This document shows, in pieces, positions 17,077-26,355 of a stretch of 64,000 bases of DNA (its first letter is position 1; each line of letters starts with the position of its first letter). The position numbers and the translations under genes are program-made. Source of the DNA: a virus. Taxonomy: Duplodnaviria > Caudoviricetes. The stretch covers positions 1-64,000 of IMG/VR virus record IMGVR_UViG_3300031998_000024; one strand, written 5' to 3'. Under the pieces are notes generated by a model. The model searched no databases, was not told the origin of the DNA, and saw only the letters and a program-made list of their open reading frames with translations.

Positions 17077-18159
17077 ATGAATAATCCAATAGAACAACAC
17101 AGAAGATTCGTACAGAATCAGATTCAAAAGTCATTCGACAACGAATTAGAAAAGGCAAGGTATGGTGTTTATGAAGATAATGCAGAAAACCGCAGACTAA
17201 ACAGAGTTGGTCAAGAGTATGGCCACGCAGCTCAGGAGAAACAACCTGCCGCACCTCGTCAGAAAAAGCAAGACGAAGAAAGCAAGAATTTGTCTGATAG
17301 TGCAAAAGAAGCATCAACTGGAGCATTGAAGCGTGCCGCCGCTGACGAGAATGCTAAACCTAAAATTAGGGAGGCTGCTGAAAAAGAGTTGAAAGAGAGA
17401 GGTGAAAGTAGTGAGCAAAAAAAAGAAGATAAAGCGAATTCAATATCAATAGAAAGCATAGAATCGTGCAATACAAATATTGATGATTCTAATAAAAATT
17501 TATTTGCTTACTCAATTAAACAAAGTCCTTATCATCCAAGATATGGAAACGGTCAAGAACAAGATGTGATTCATGTTAGGATTCGTGCAAATAAAAAGGA
17601 TGCATTAAAGGAAATCAAATCAATGAATGAAAAATTGGGTATTAATTTATCTATTGACGATTTTGAACGCACACCTCCTGGTAGATATGGAGATAATACA
17701 TACGATATACAGTATAATCCTAAAACAGGCACTTGGGGTAATGGTAGAGAAATAAGTGATGAGTTAAATTCAGAATGGTATGAACAAAACTCTGAATCTG
17801 AGAAAAAGGCTGAAAAGAAAAATACTATGGATAAATTAAAGAGTTCGCAATCTTTTACAAAAGAATCTATTAAAGATTTACTCGATAATGATGAGGTAAA
17901 AGACCATGCTTTTTCGTATTTTAATTATGGTGATGATGGAGATTGTTCTCCAGAAGAAATTGAACAATTTGAAAAACTTGAAAAACTTGGTGCAAAGATT
18001 AGCGATTATTTTGATTGGAAAGAAGATGGTGATGCAGATTCATATAAAATGAAAATGCAAGCAAAGGGTTATCGCATGTTTGATATTTCAACCAGCGATG
18101 GTTATTTATGGTTGATGATAAAGAATAATAAATTGTCTAAGTCTGAAACAAAAGAATAA
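17077..18159 (+). CDS. Putative internal head protein, tag family member 2
   Basis: IQKS, LEKA then RYGVYEDNAENRRLNRVGQEYG (17152-17223); leader homologous to that of 5023. Confidence 0.65.
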   Translation: MNNPIEQHRRFVQNQIQKSFDNELEKARYGVYEDNAENRRLNRVGQEYGHAAQEKQPAAPRQKKQDEESKNLSDSAKEASTGALKRAAADENAKPKIREAAEKELKERGESSEQKKEDKANSISIESIESCNTNIDDSNKNLFAYSIKQSPYHPRYGNGQEQDVIHVRIRANKKDALKEIKSMNEKLGINLSIDDFERTPPGRYGDNTYDIQYNPKTGTWGNGREISDELNSEWYEQNSESEKKAEKKNTMDKLKSSQSFTKESIKDLLDNDEVKDHAFSYFNYGDDGDCSPEEIEQFEKLEKLGAKISDYFDWKEDGDADSYKMKMQAKGYRMFDISTSDGYLWLMIKNNKLSKSETKE

Positions 18160-18490
18160 TATCAGTTATAGTCTATTAAAATTCATAAATTATGGTTACA
18201 CTTGAAGAAGTTTTCAGAAAGTCACAAGACAATCTTACAAAGTCATTCGATGCAGAGAAATTCTCATCAGACATCGAAAACCTATCAAAGGCAGAAACAG
18301 AGTGGCTTTTAGGACAAATTCAAGCCGAAATCCTCAAAGGCGGCGATTACAACACGCTCACCGAAATGCGCGACATCGCATTAGGTAATATAGAGAAAGC
18401 AAGAAGCGGAGTTTACGCAGACACCTCAGAAAATCGTAAGTTAGGCAGAGTAGGTCAGCAGTATGGCGGCAAAAGTAGTCGTGGAGGTAA
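18145..18490 (+). repeat. Dispersed ~340-bp repeat, copy 1 (copy 2 at 44616-44960)
   Basis: Near-identical from gaaacaaaagaataatatcagttatagtc through the leader coding region. Confidence 0.92.
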
Positions 18491-18755
18491 GCAAACAGAA
18501 GGTTTGGGGTCTAATTCTGTGAAGAAAATTGCCAATGCTATGTATCAAAATAGCAAATTTGCATCAAGAATAGAATCATTATTATCAGAGCATCTTGGTG
18601 ATGAATTGAAAAAGAAATACGGCACTGATGATTTTGCTGATATTTTTGATAAAGTCGGTGAAGATAATTATGGTAAAGTTGTAATGAATCTAATTCGTAA
18701 ATTACCTGTTGACGAAGTTCAAAACGCTTACAATTCTTATTTTCAGAAGAAATAA
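18192..18755 (+). CDS. Putative internal head protein, tag family member 3
   Basis: FRKS, LTKS, LSKA, ILKG, IEKA then RSGVYADTSENRKLGRVGQQYGG (18396-18470). Confidence 0.7.
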   Translation: MVTLEEVFRKSQDNLTKSFDAEKFSSDIENLSKAETEWLLGQIQAEILKGGDYNTLTEMRDIALGNIEKARSGVYADTSENRKLGRVGQQYGGKSSRGGKQTEGLGSNSVKKIANAMYQNSKFASRIESLLSEHLGDELKKKYGTDDFADIFDKVGEDNYGKVVMNLIRKLPVDEVQNAYNSYFQKK

Positions 18756-19104
18756 CGTAATTACTAATTTTGTAAGTATAAAAGATTTGAATAGAGATTT
18801 TGAAAATCTTGATTGGGATAAGGCAAGAGATATTATTGACGGTAATGTTGATAGTTATAAAGATGTTGAAAATGCTTCTGATAAAGATAAAAGGTTGTTG
18901 AAGTTTATGGAAGATGTTGGTTTTTCATGGGGTGATGCAAATGAATATGATAAAAATCCTGAGAAATATAGGGATAATGCAGAAAGAAAACATATTGCTT
19001 GGTTCCATGTTAATGGCGGTAGTGAAACTTGTATAATAGAAGCGCCAATGAAGAAAGTAAATGCTGTTCTTGATAAAATAGTAAGAGGGGAATGGACTTA
19101 TTAA
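18709..19104 (+). CDS. Hypothetical protein, possibly a frameshifted continuation of 18192..18755
   Basis: Protein-like open frame, but only a TTG start inside the upstream gene. Confidence 0.45.
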   Translation: MTKFKTLTILIFRRNNVITNFVSIKDLNRDFENLDWDKARDIIDGNVDSYKDVENASDKDKRLLKFMEDVGFSWGDANEYDKNPEKYRDNAERKHIAWFHVNGGSETCIIEAPMKKVNAVLDKIVRGEWTY

Positions 19105-20084
19105 ACGGATACAAAAATCCAGCGCCATTATTAATAGAATTTGAACCAACAGAAGGATGTAACCTTGGTTGCTCCTTTTGCGGTTTAAGGGGCATAAGAG
19201 AAACAGGTACGAAGCCGTGGAAGTTTCTTTCAGTTAGAAATGCTCAAATTATTGCAAGCAAAATACGCAAAGAGCGTTGGAAGACAAGAATAGCAATTTG
19301 CGGTCATGGTGAACCAACCTTAAATCCTAATTTGCTTGAAATCATTAGGGTTATTCGTGAAGAATTACCTTTTAATGATATTACAATGATGACCAATGGT
19401 GTTGGATTTAGGAATGGTAATTTTGATTTGAAATCGTTTTGCGCTGAATTAGAAGAATTAGGTTTCAATGATATTGTTTTTGATGTTTATTCTAAAAATG
19501 GTGATTGGAATGTTGTTGATGAAATAAAAGATGATTATGATATTATTATAATGGGTGATGAAAGAAATGGAAAGAGTTTTAGTAATAAGATTTTAAAAAC
19601 TAAATTAAGGATATTATTATATCCACTTGAGTTACCTAATCACCCAAATTGGCGTAAGATGGCAAATCATTGCGGTGCTGCTGCTCCGTTAGATTTCAAA
19701 AAAAAGCATATTACTTGCACTAAGGTATTCCGTGAAATGTTCATCCGTTGGGATGGCAATGTCGCCTTATGTTGCGATGATTTTAGAGGTCAATATTTTA
19801 TTGCTAATGCCTTACAAGAAGATTTGAAATTAAGGGATATTTGGAATCACGAGCGATTTCAAGCAGCAAGAATTAGGCTGTTTAACAAAGATAGGACTTT
19901 CAAACCTTGCTATGGCTGTAATTGTCCACCTAATAGAGCAGGTTTTATCCCAGATATTTCGGGAGGCAAAGATAGAATTTACATGCCTACAGAAATAAGT
20001 GAAGATGTAATTAGGATTACTAATGAGGCTTACTTAAAGGATGGCTTAACAACAATAGTTAAGCGTAAGTGGGAGCAAGATTAA
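19092..20084 (+). CDS. Radical SAM protein with SPASM/twitch domain
   Basis: CNLGCSFC, GHGEPTLNP, MTNG, C...IRWDGNVALCCDD...CYGC. Confidence 0.9.
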   Translation: MDLLNGYKNPAPLLIEFEPTEGCNLGCSFCGLRGIRETGTKPWKFLSVRNAQIIASKIRKERWKTRIAICGHGEPTLNPNLLEIIRVIREELPFNDITMMTNGVGFRNGNFDLKSFCAELEELGFNDIVFDVYSKNGDWNVVDEIKDDYDIIIMGDERNGKSFSNKILKTKLRILLYPLELPNHPNWRKMANHCGAAAPLDFKKKHITCTKVFREMFIRWDGNVALCCDDFRGQYFIANALQEDLKLRDIWNHERFQAARIRLFNKDRTFKPCYGCNCPPNRAGFIPDISGGKDRIYMPTEISEDVIRITNEAYLKDGLTTIVKRKWEQD

Positions 20085-20212
20085 ATTGCAAATAATCTTT
20101 GCTGAGAAAATCGTCACGCATCGTCATGACGCCCGTGACGGGTGAAAATTTGATTTAATTTACCAAATTAAAAGTCGGCAAATATAAGTTCGTATAAATT
20201 GCACAAAAGTTT

Positions 20213-21775
20213 ATGGCAAGGAATAATTTTGAATTTTGGTGTCCGTTAGATAGCGTCAACAAAGCAATAGACGAAAAGACTGGTGAAGAGATAATGTTGC
20301 TTGGCGGAATTGCTTCAACAGCAGATGAGGATTCTGATGGAGAGTTTCTTGACCCCAAGGGATTTGATATCAAACCTTTGTTGAAAAGCGGTTTAGTGAA
20401 CTGGCATCACCAGGCAAAGACAAATCCTGGTACAATCGTTGGTGAGCCTACAAAGGCAGAAATAAGAAAAGAAGGGTTGTATATTGAAACGCAACTATAT
20501 CCTCATAGTCAGGTTGCTTGCGATATTTGGGAGTTAGCAAAAACGCTTGCTTCAGATTCAAAAACACGCAGACTTGGATATTCAATTGAAGGTAGAGTTG
20601 TGAAGCGTAAGAGTGAAGACCCGACAAACCCAGATTACAAAAAGATTGTTCAAGCTGTAATTACTGGAGTTGCTATTACTCATCAGCCGAAAAACCCTAA
20701 AACATTCGCAAATATAATAAAGGGTGAAATTGATGAGATGGAAGATGAAGAGGTTGAAGAGATAAAAGAGAAGCAAGAAAATGCTGAAACTGAGGAGGCG
20801 ATTGATACGGAAAATGCCGCTGCTTTGAAAAAAGAAGATGTTGATGATGACTTAAAAGTTACGACTTTTGGAAAATCAGAGGTGTTCGATAAAATTTTTC
20901 AAGACATACCAGGTATAAGTATAGCAAAAGCAAACCAAGTTTATCATTTAATTGAAAAAATTGTAGATATGAAGAAAGAAAATTCAGAGATTACTCAGGA
21001 TGATATCAACAAGGCATATGAGGCTTTGGGTCTTGAAATGCCCGCTATTGATATTGTAAAGGCTGGAGAATCGGATGAAACCGATGAAAGCAAGGAAACT
21101 GAGGAAACAGAAGAAACTGAAGAGAAACCTTCCAAGACCGAAAAGAAATCTGACGAAGAAACTGAGGAAACAGAAGAAACCGATGATGGCGAGGTTTTTG
21201 AAAAGGTTGATGATGAAGAGGAGGATGAAGAGGAAGGTAAAAAGGTCAAAAAGGCTAATCAAAATTCAATCGGTTTGAAGTTTGAGCGCATTGAAAAGGC
21301 AATTGCCGCTTCTCACAATTCTCAGTCTAAGTATGTAAAGGCACTTGGAGTTATGTTCAAGGCTCAGAGCATTCAGTTGGAAAAGGCTCAGCAATCCCTT
21401 AATCTTGCTATTGAAACGATTAACAGTCAAAGCGATATTATTAAGGGGTATGAGGATAAACTCAACTCTTTGAGCGAACAGATTACCGAAATTGGTAATG
21501 GCGTGCCTGCTCCTAAGTCGGTAAGAAATGCCCGTCCAGTTGAGCGTGCCTTTGGTAAGGCTCAGGAAAACGACTTTGAAAAGGGCGGTAATGAAAACCG
21601 AGTAAGCATCAATAATCGTTCTGCTATTTCGGAAATTCTTGACCAAGCAACTTTTGCTAAGGGATTCGATGAGGAATTTTCTAAGGCTTGCACTTCATTT
21701 GAAGCAGGTGCTCCTTTGTCGCAGAATGTAATCAACAGAATAAAGAACGAATTTGGAATAGAAATCGTCAAATAA
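20213..21775 (+). CDS. Prohead protease fused to acidic/coiled-coil scaffold
   Basis: GIASTADEDSDGE, NWHH, LGYSIEG, VAITHQPKNP motifs; directly upstream of the capsid gene. Confidence 0.85.
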   Translation: MARNNFEFWCPLDSVNKAIDEKTGEEIMLLGGIASTADEDSDGEFLDPKGFDIKPLLKSGLVNWHHQAKTNPGTIVGEPTKAEIRKEGLYIETQLYPHSQVACDIWELAKTLASDSKTRRLGYSIEGRVVKRKSEDPTNPDYKKIVQAVITGVAITHQPKNPKTFANIIKGEIDEMEDEEVEEIKEKQENAETEEAIDTENAAALKKEDVDDDLKVTTFGKSEVFDKIFQDIPGISIAKANQVYHLIEKIVDMKKENSEITQDDINKAYEALGLEMPAIDIVKAGESDETDESKETEETEETEEKPSKTEKKSDEETEETEETDDGEVFEKVDDEEEDEEEGKKVKKANQNSIGLKFERIEKAIAASHNSQSKYVKALGVMFKAQSIQLEKAQQSLNLAIETINSQSDIIKGYEDKLNSLSEQITEIGNGVPAPKSVRNARPVERAFGKAQENDFEKGGNENRVSINNRSAISEILDQATFAKGFDEEFSKACTSFEAGAPLSQNVINRIKNEFGIEIVK

Positions 21776-21805
21776 TTTTTTAACACACTTAAAAGTATTT
21801 ACAAA

Positions 21806-23290
21806 ATGGAAAGACTTTCAATCAATCTGAGCGATTATGGCTACCAAGGTGTTAATGGCTATGGTCAGGGAAACATGGGTGAGGTTGATGCTCTTAACAA
21901 GGCTTTGGCTGCTGGTGAAATCACTGGCCGCGAAACCACGAACATGACCGATGCTTCGGGTTCACCTCTGAAAGTTGAGAGTTTAGAGAAAACTCTGAAA
22001 CACTTGACTTTCCGTGAAAGCGACATCCGTCTGTGGAAGGACATCCCTAAGAAACCCGCTTACAACACCGTTGAAGAGTACAATCAACAAGTTAGTTACG
22101 GTCAAGACCGTGGAGGCTTCAATGCCGAAGGTGAACTGCCTGAAGAAGAAGACAGCGTGTTTGTCCGTAGGTCGCAACTGGTTAAGTATCTTGGCGTGAC
22201 CAAGAGCGTGACCCACCAGATGACTTTGGTGAACACTATGATTGGTAGTGTTATGGAAAAGACCATTAAAGATGGCACCCTGTGGATTCTGCGTAAACTT
22301 ACTAAGTCGTTGTACTTTGGTGATGAGCAGTTGATTCCGCTTGAATTCAACGGATTCCTGGCTCAACAGAAGCAGTCTGACGCTTGGGCTAACTACAACC
22401 AGTACATGACCAGCGAACATGTGATTGATATGCGCGGCGCAAGCCTCGATGAGAGTGCTATTGAAAGCGGTGCTAATTCAATCGTGGAGAGTTTCGGTCT
22501 GGCTACTCAGTTGTATGCCGCTCCTGCCGTTCTTAGCGGATTCGTGAAACAGTTCTATGGCAACAAGTTCATAATGCCTAACACTCAGGCTTTGACGAAT
22601 GGTGTCATGGGTCAGCGCGTGCAACAGTTTGAGAGCCAATTTGGTCCAATCGGTTTGAACCAAGATGTGTTCTTCAAGAAGTTGCCTGCTAAGGCTGCCA
22701 ACGCTGCTGCTACAAGTGAAAAGGCTCCCACTAAGCCCACTATCACTGCTTCAGCTGTTTCTGCTGGTGCTGCTAACTCTAAGTTCACCTCAAGCGATGC
22801 TGGTAACATCTATTACGCTGTTTCGGCTATCAACCGTTATGGCGAATCAGACCTTCGCATTGCTGGTTCACCTACCGCTGTTGCCGTTGTGGCTACTGGC
22901 GCTGTTGATATTGCGATTACCGATGGCGGCGGTCTGCATCCTGCTACTGCTTATCGTATTTATCGTACAATGGCTGGCGCTGGTGCTGATGGTCCGTTCT
23001 ATCCGCTGTTCGATGTTTCGACTGCGAATGTGACCACTGGCTTCGATGGTGCTACTGCTGGTTCGGTGCGTGACCTTAACCGCTTCATGCCTAACTGCGA
23101 CCAGGCTATGCTTGTGCAGTTCGACAATGAGGTTGTTGAGTTCGCTCAACTTGCACCTCTCATGAAGATGGATTTGGCTCTGCTGAGTCCTGCTTACCGC
23201 TTCATGATTCTGCTCTATGGTACTCCATTCCTGTATGCTCCCAAGAAGATGGTTCGTATCATCAACATTGGCGCTTACAAGGCATCCTAA
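21806..23290 (+). CDS. Major capsid protein (SPO1/Twort-like)
   Basis: LKVESLEKTLKHLT, TVEEYNQ, EGELP, ELAPLMKMDLA-like and LYGTPFLYAPKK motifs; strongly biased codon usage; terminator downstream. Confidence 0.9.
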   Translation: MERLSINLSDYGYQGVNGYGQGNMGEVDALNKALAAGEITGRETTNMTDASGSPLKVESLEKTLKHLTFRESDIRLWKDIPKKPAYNTVEEYNQQVSYGQDRGGFNAEGELPEEEDSVFVRRSQLVKYLGVTKSVTHQMTLVNTMIGSVMEKTIKDGTLWILRKLTKSLYFGDEQLIPLEFNGFLAQQKQSDAWANYNQYMTSEHVIDMRGASLDESAIESGANSIVESFGLATQLYAAPAVLSGFVKQFYGNKFIMPNTQALTNGVMGQRVQQFESQFGPIGLNQDVFFKKLPAKAANAAATSEKAPTKPTITASAVSAGAANSKFTSSDAGNIYYAVSAINRYGESDLRIAGSPTAVAVVATGAVDIAITDGGGLHPATAYRIYRTMAGAGADGPFYPLFDVSTANVTTGFDGATAGSVRDLNRFMPNCDQAMLVQFDNEVVEFAQLAPLMKMDLALLSPAYRFMILLYGTPFLYAPKKMVRIINIGAYKAS

Positions 23291-23317
23291 ACTTAGGGCG
23301 AAGTGTAAGAGTATTGG

Positions 23318-23350
23318 AAGGGGTGGGCGTTGCTGCCCCACCCCTTTTTT
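23318..23350 (+). terminator. Intrinsic terminator after the capsid gene
   Basis: aaggggtggg...cccacccc + T6. Confidence 0.85.
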
Positions 23351-23383
23351 GTTAAATTATTGTAAAATTAAAATTGTAAAAAG

Positions 23384-23836
23384 ATGAAGATTAAAGCGAA
23401 AAACGAAAACATTAGGTCTATACAACTCCAGGTGCCTTGCGATGGATTGATTGAAATTGACAAGGATGGTTGCGCTGAAGTTTCAGACCGCTGTGGTCAA
23501 ATGCTCATAGAGGGCACTAACGACTGGTGCGAGTTTGAACCCAGTAAGAACTCTAACAAGAAGGGAAAAGCTGCCGAGCAAGCAAAAATTGACGATGAGA
23601 AGGCAGATAACGAGCCTGAGGATGAAACCGAAGGTGATGAGAAGTCTGACGACGAAGTTATCAATGGTCTGAACTCTTTGTCTTTGGAAGATTGTATCCA
23701 AACCGCTAAGGAGGCTAATTATCCTAAAAAGGAATGGGAAAAGTTTTCCAAGAACGAAAAGGCAGCTGAAAAACTGATGCGTGCTTACCTCATTAAGAAG
23801 TACAAGGCAAGTCAGGGTGTCGCTGAAAACGATTAA
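23384..23836 (+). CDS. Hypothetical head-module protein
   Basis: ORF between capsid and neck genes. Confidence 0.65.
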   Translation: MKIKAKNENIRSIQLQVPCDGLIEIDKDGCAEVSDRCGQMLIEGTNDWCEFEPSKNSNKKGKAAEQAKIDDEKADNEPEDETEGDEKSDDEVINGLNSLSLEDCIQTAKEANYPKKEWEKFSKNEKAAEKLMRAYLIKKYKASQGVAEND

Positions 23837-23878
23837 ATAATTACTTTTGGTAACAGTCATTCGTAAGGATTTTGAACC

Positions 23879-24682
23879 ATGGCAATATTACGCTTGAAAA
23901 TAGCATATAACAAAAACAATGGTTTACTCATTAGCCCAACTGAACTGAGGGAAATCTATCTTTTTGGTATTCCAGTCTGTACTACCGATGGTCGCAAGAT
24001 TTCTTCACAATCCTTAATGCAAGCCATTCGTTCAGCACAATCGAAGTTTGAAACTATTTTCAGTATCAAACTGCAAAAAGAAGTAGTTGAGGAATCAAGG
24101 GATTTCATTAGAGAGGATTTCAATAATTGGGGTGCTGTAAAGGTTACATATCCTATCAGATATGTTGATTGGTTAAAGGGTTATATCAATGAGGCTTGTC
24201 AGGTTAATTATCCTCACGAATGGCTTGTTATCAAGAGAAACGAGCATGTTGCTCAATTCCGTAATCTGTTTTTGATTCCTAATAGTAGTAGTACTCATGG
24301 TGCTACTATGAATCAAAATTCGATAATTTACAACGGAATTTCACCACACTTAGGTTGGTTTGGTCAGACAAGGATTCCTAATTATTGGCGTGTTAAATAC
24401 ATTACTGGTTGGGATGCTGACGAAATACCTAATGATTTGTTTGATGTTATTTGTAAACTTGCTGCTATAAACGCTATGCTTGTTATAGGTAGTTATCTGT
24501 ATGGGGTTGGTCTTGGTTCGTTAAGCGTTTCGCTTGATGGAGTTAGTCAGAATTTCCCGTTGACAAGAGGTGGTAAGTACGGAATGTTTACAGATAGGAT
24601 AACAGCATACAAAGAAGAAATTGACCAAGTGTGGCAAGATTTGAAGTATTGTTACGCAGGATTTATTTTTGATGTGTTCTAA
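23879..24682 (+). CDS. Putative head-tail adaptor/neck protein
   Basis: YLFGIP, VKYITGW...IPNDL..VICKLAA, SVSLDGVSQ motifs; synteny. Confidence 0.6.
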   Translation: MAILRLKIAYNKNNGLLISPTELREIYLFGIPVCTTDGRKISSQSLMQAIRSAQSKFETIFSIKLQKEVVEESRDFIREDFNNWGAVKVTYPIRYVDWLKGYINEACQVNYPHEWLVIKRNEHVAQFRNLFLIPNSSSTHGATMNQNSIIYNGISPHLGWFGQTRIPNYWRVKYITGWDADEIPNDLFDVICKLAAINAMLVIGSYLYGVGLGSLSVSLDGVSQNFPLTRGGKYGMFTDRITAYKEEIDQVWQDLKYCYAGFIFDVF

Positions 24683-25512
24683 TGCCCACTGGAAAATCTA
24701 TATTGACTCAGCACCCGATTACCGCTCAAACACCGCCATCATTGGATTTGCCTAAACCAATATGGGATGTAAATAAGTTTGAGGGGTTAATCTATAATAA
24801 TGGATATGATGCGTATCTTGAAAGAGCGTTAAGATGTCCTTGTGTTGATAGGTCAAGTGGTCAAGCGTTATCCACTTGTAAGAATTGTTTGGGAAGAGGT
24901 TGGTTTTTTGTAGATAAAAGACAAACGCGTGTCGTTGCTCAATCTATGGAAAACATACGGAGAAATTCTCAAACAGGTGAAGTGAATCGTGGTAACGCAA
25001 GAATTACAGCGAGAGCGTCTGATAAGTTAGGTTTCATGGATAGAGTTATGTTGCTTGATTTAGTCGCTTGGTACACTGAAATTTTGAATCCTATTGAGTA
25101 CGATAATGAAATTGTTGCTTATCCCGTATATGAGCCGATTGATATAACAAACATTTATCTTTATGCTGGTGATAATGTTAAGTTAAAGCCTTTGAATGCT
25201 TCTCAGTATCAGGTTCAGGGAAATAAAATTGTTTTTGATAATAGCATAATAAATTTTGTACCGATTGATGATGTGAATCAGCGTATTCCTGAAATTACAA
25301 TTTCTATTCGTTATTCATATCATCCAGTCTATCATGTTATTGATGCTAATCGTGAACTCACTAAGGTGAGGGATAAAGGCGGCTGTATGATTACGGATGA
25401 TAATTTGAAGCAAGTTCCAATGCTTTATATAGCAAGGAAGGCTCATTACATCTTTGACCAACAACGTTATAATAATGTTGCCTTTGAAAATAGTTTGACG
25501 GGAGGCGAGTGA
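24682..25512 (+). CDS. Putative neck/head-closure protein
   Basis: CPC...CKNCLGRGW motif as in SPO1/Twort-like neck genes; synteny. Confidence 0.55.
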   Translation: MPTGKSILTQHPITAQTPPSLDLPKPIWDVNKFEGLIYNNGYDAYLERALRCPCVDRSSGQALSTCKNCLGRGWFFVDKRQTRVVAQSMENIRRNSQTGEVNRGNARITARASDKLGFMDRVMLLDLVAWYTEILNPIEYDNEIVAYPVYEPIDITNIYLYAGDNVKLKPLNASQYQVQGNKIVFDNSIINFVPIDDVNQRIPEITISIRYSYHPVYHVIDANRELTKVRDKGGCMITDDNLKQVPMLYIARKAHYIFDQQRYNNVAFENSLTGGE

Positions 25513-25516
25513 TGAC

Positions 25517-26344
25517 ATGGCTACTATTCCCGATATAACAATTGACCTTTGGGGATTAAAGAGTCAATTTTTAGGTAACATATCAGACCAGCAAATAATT
25601 GATTTAACAGAGACTTGCGTTCAGGTAGTAACAAAGGCTGTTTTTGCTAAATGGGAAGCATTAGCAAAGCAGGAATTACATTCTACACTGCCTGAATATC
25701 TTCATAATCTAAACATAGTTGATAAAGGTATTTTTTCTAAGCAGATTATTCTGACTGGGACTTTACCTGAAATGGTTGAATCTGGAGCCTCACCCTTCGA
25801 TATGAAGGATGGTTTTAGAAAATCACCATATGTTAGATTTACGGTGCCTGTTTATAACGCAAAAGGTAAGATGGTTTATCCAGGTGGTGATTGGTATTTA
25901 ACAATTCCATTTCGTCAAGGAACACCTGGTATAGTCGGTCAGGCTGGATTTGCTAATGAAATGCCTCAGGATATATACGACTTAATGGTTCATAGGGCTG
26001 CTAATAGTCCTTTGACTAAATCTGAAATTCCAAGTCCTTATGATATTCCGCGTAGTCGTGCTGCTATATATGATGCTCAGCAAGAAAAGGTTATTTATGG
26101 CGAGTATGTACATAAAGCAAGCATATATGAAGGATTAGTAAAGCAGTCTGCCGCGTATGGAAAGGCAATACAAAATACTTATCATTCCTTCCGCAGAGCA
26201 GGGGCGAACAGTGACCCATTAGCGTTTATTCATCGTGGAATACAAGCGCGTGATTTAGCAAGTAAGGCGGTTGAACAAACGAATGTTGAACAAATTGTAG
26301 AAAACGCTACATACCAATTTCTTGACGATATATTACCAAATTAA
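25517..26344 (+). CDS. Putative neck/tail-completion protein
   Basis: ESGASPFDMK, YLTIPFR, FRRAGANSDP..FIHRG motifs; synteny. Confidence 0.5.
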   Translation: MATIPDITIDLWGLKSQFLGNISDQQIIDLTETCVQVVTKAVFAKWEALAKQELHSTLPEYLHNLNIVDKGIFSKQIILTGTLPEMVESGASPFDMKDGFRKSPYVRFTVPVYNAKGKMVYPGGDWYLTIPFRQGTPGIVGQAGFANEMPQDIYDLMVHRAANSPLTKSEIPSPYDIPRSRAAIYDAQQEKVIYGEYVHKASIYEGLVKQSAAYGKAIQNTYHSFRRAGANSDPLAFIHRGIQARDLASKAVEQTNVEQIVENATYQFLDDILPN

Positions 26345-26355
26345 AGAGATTAAAC

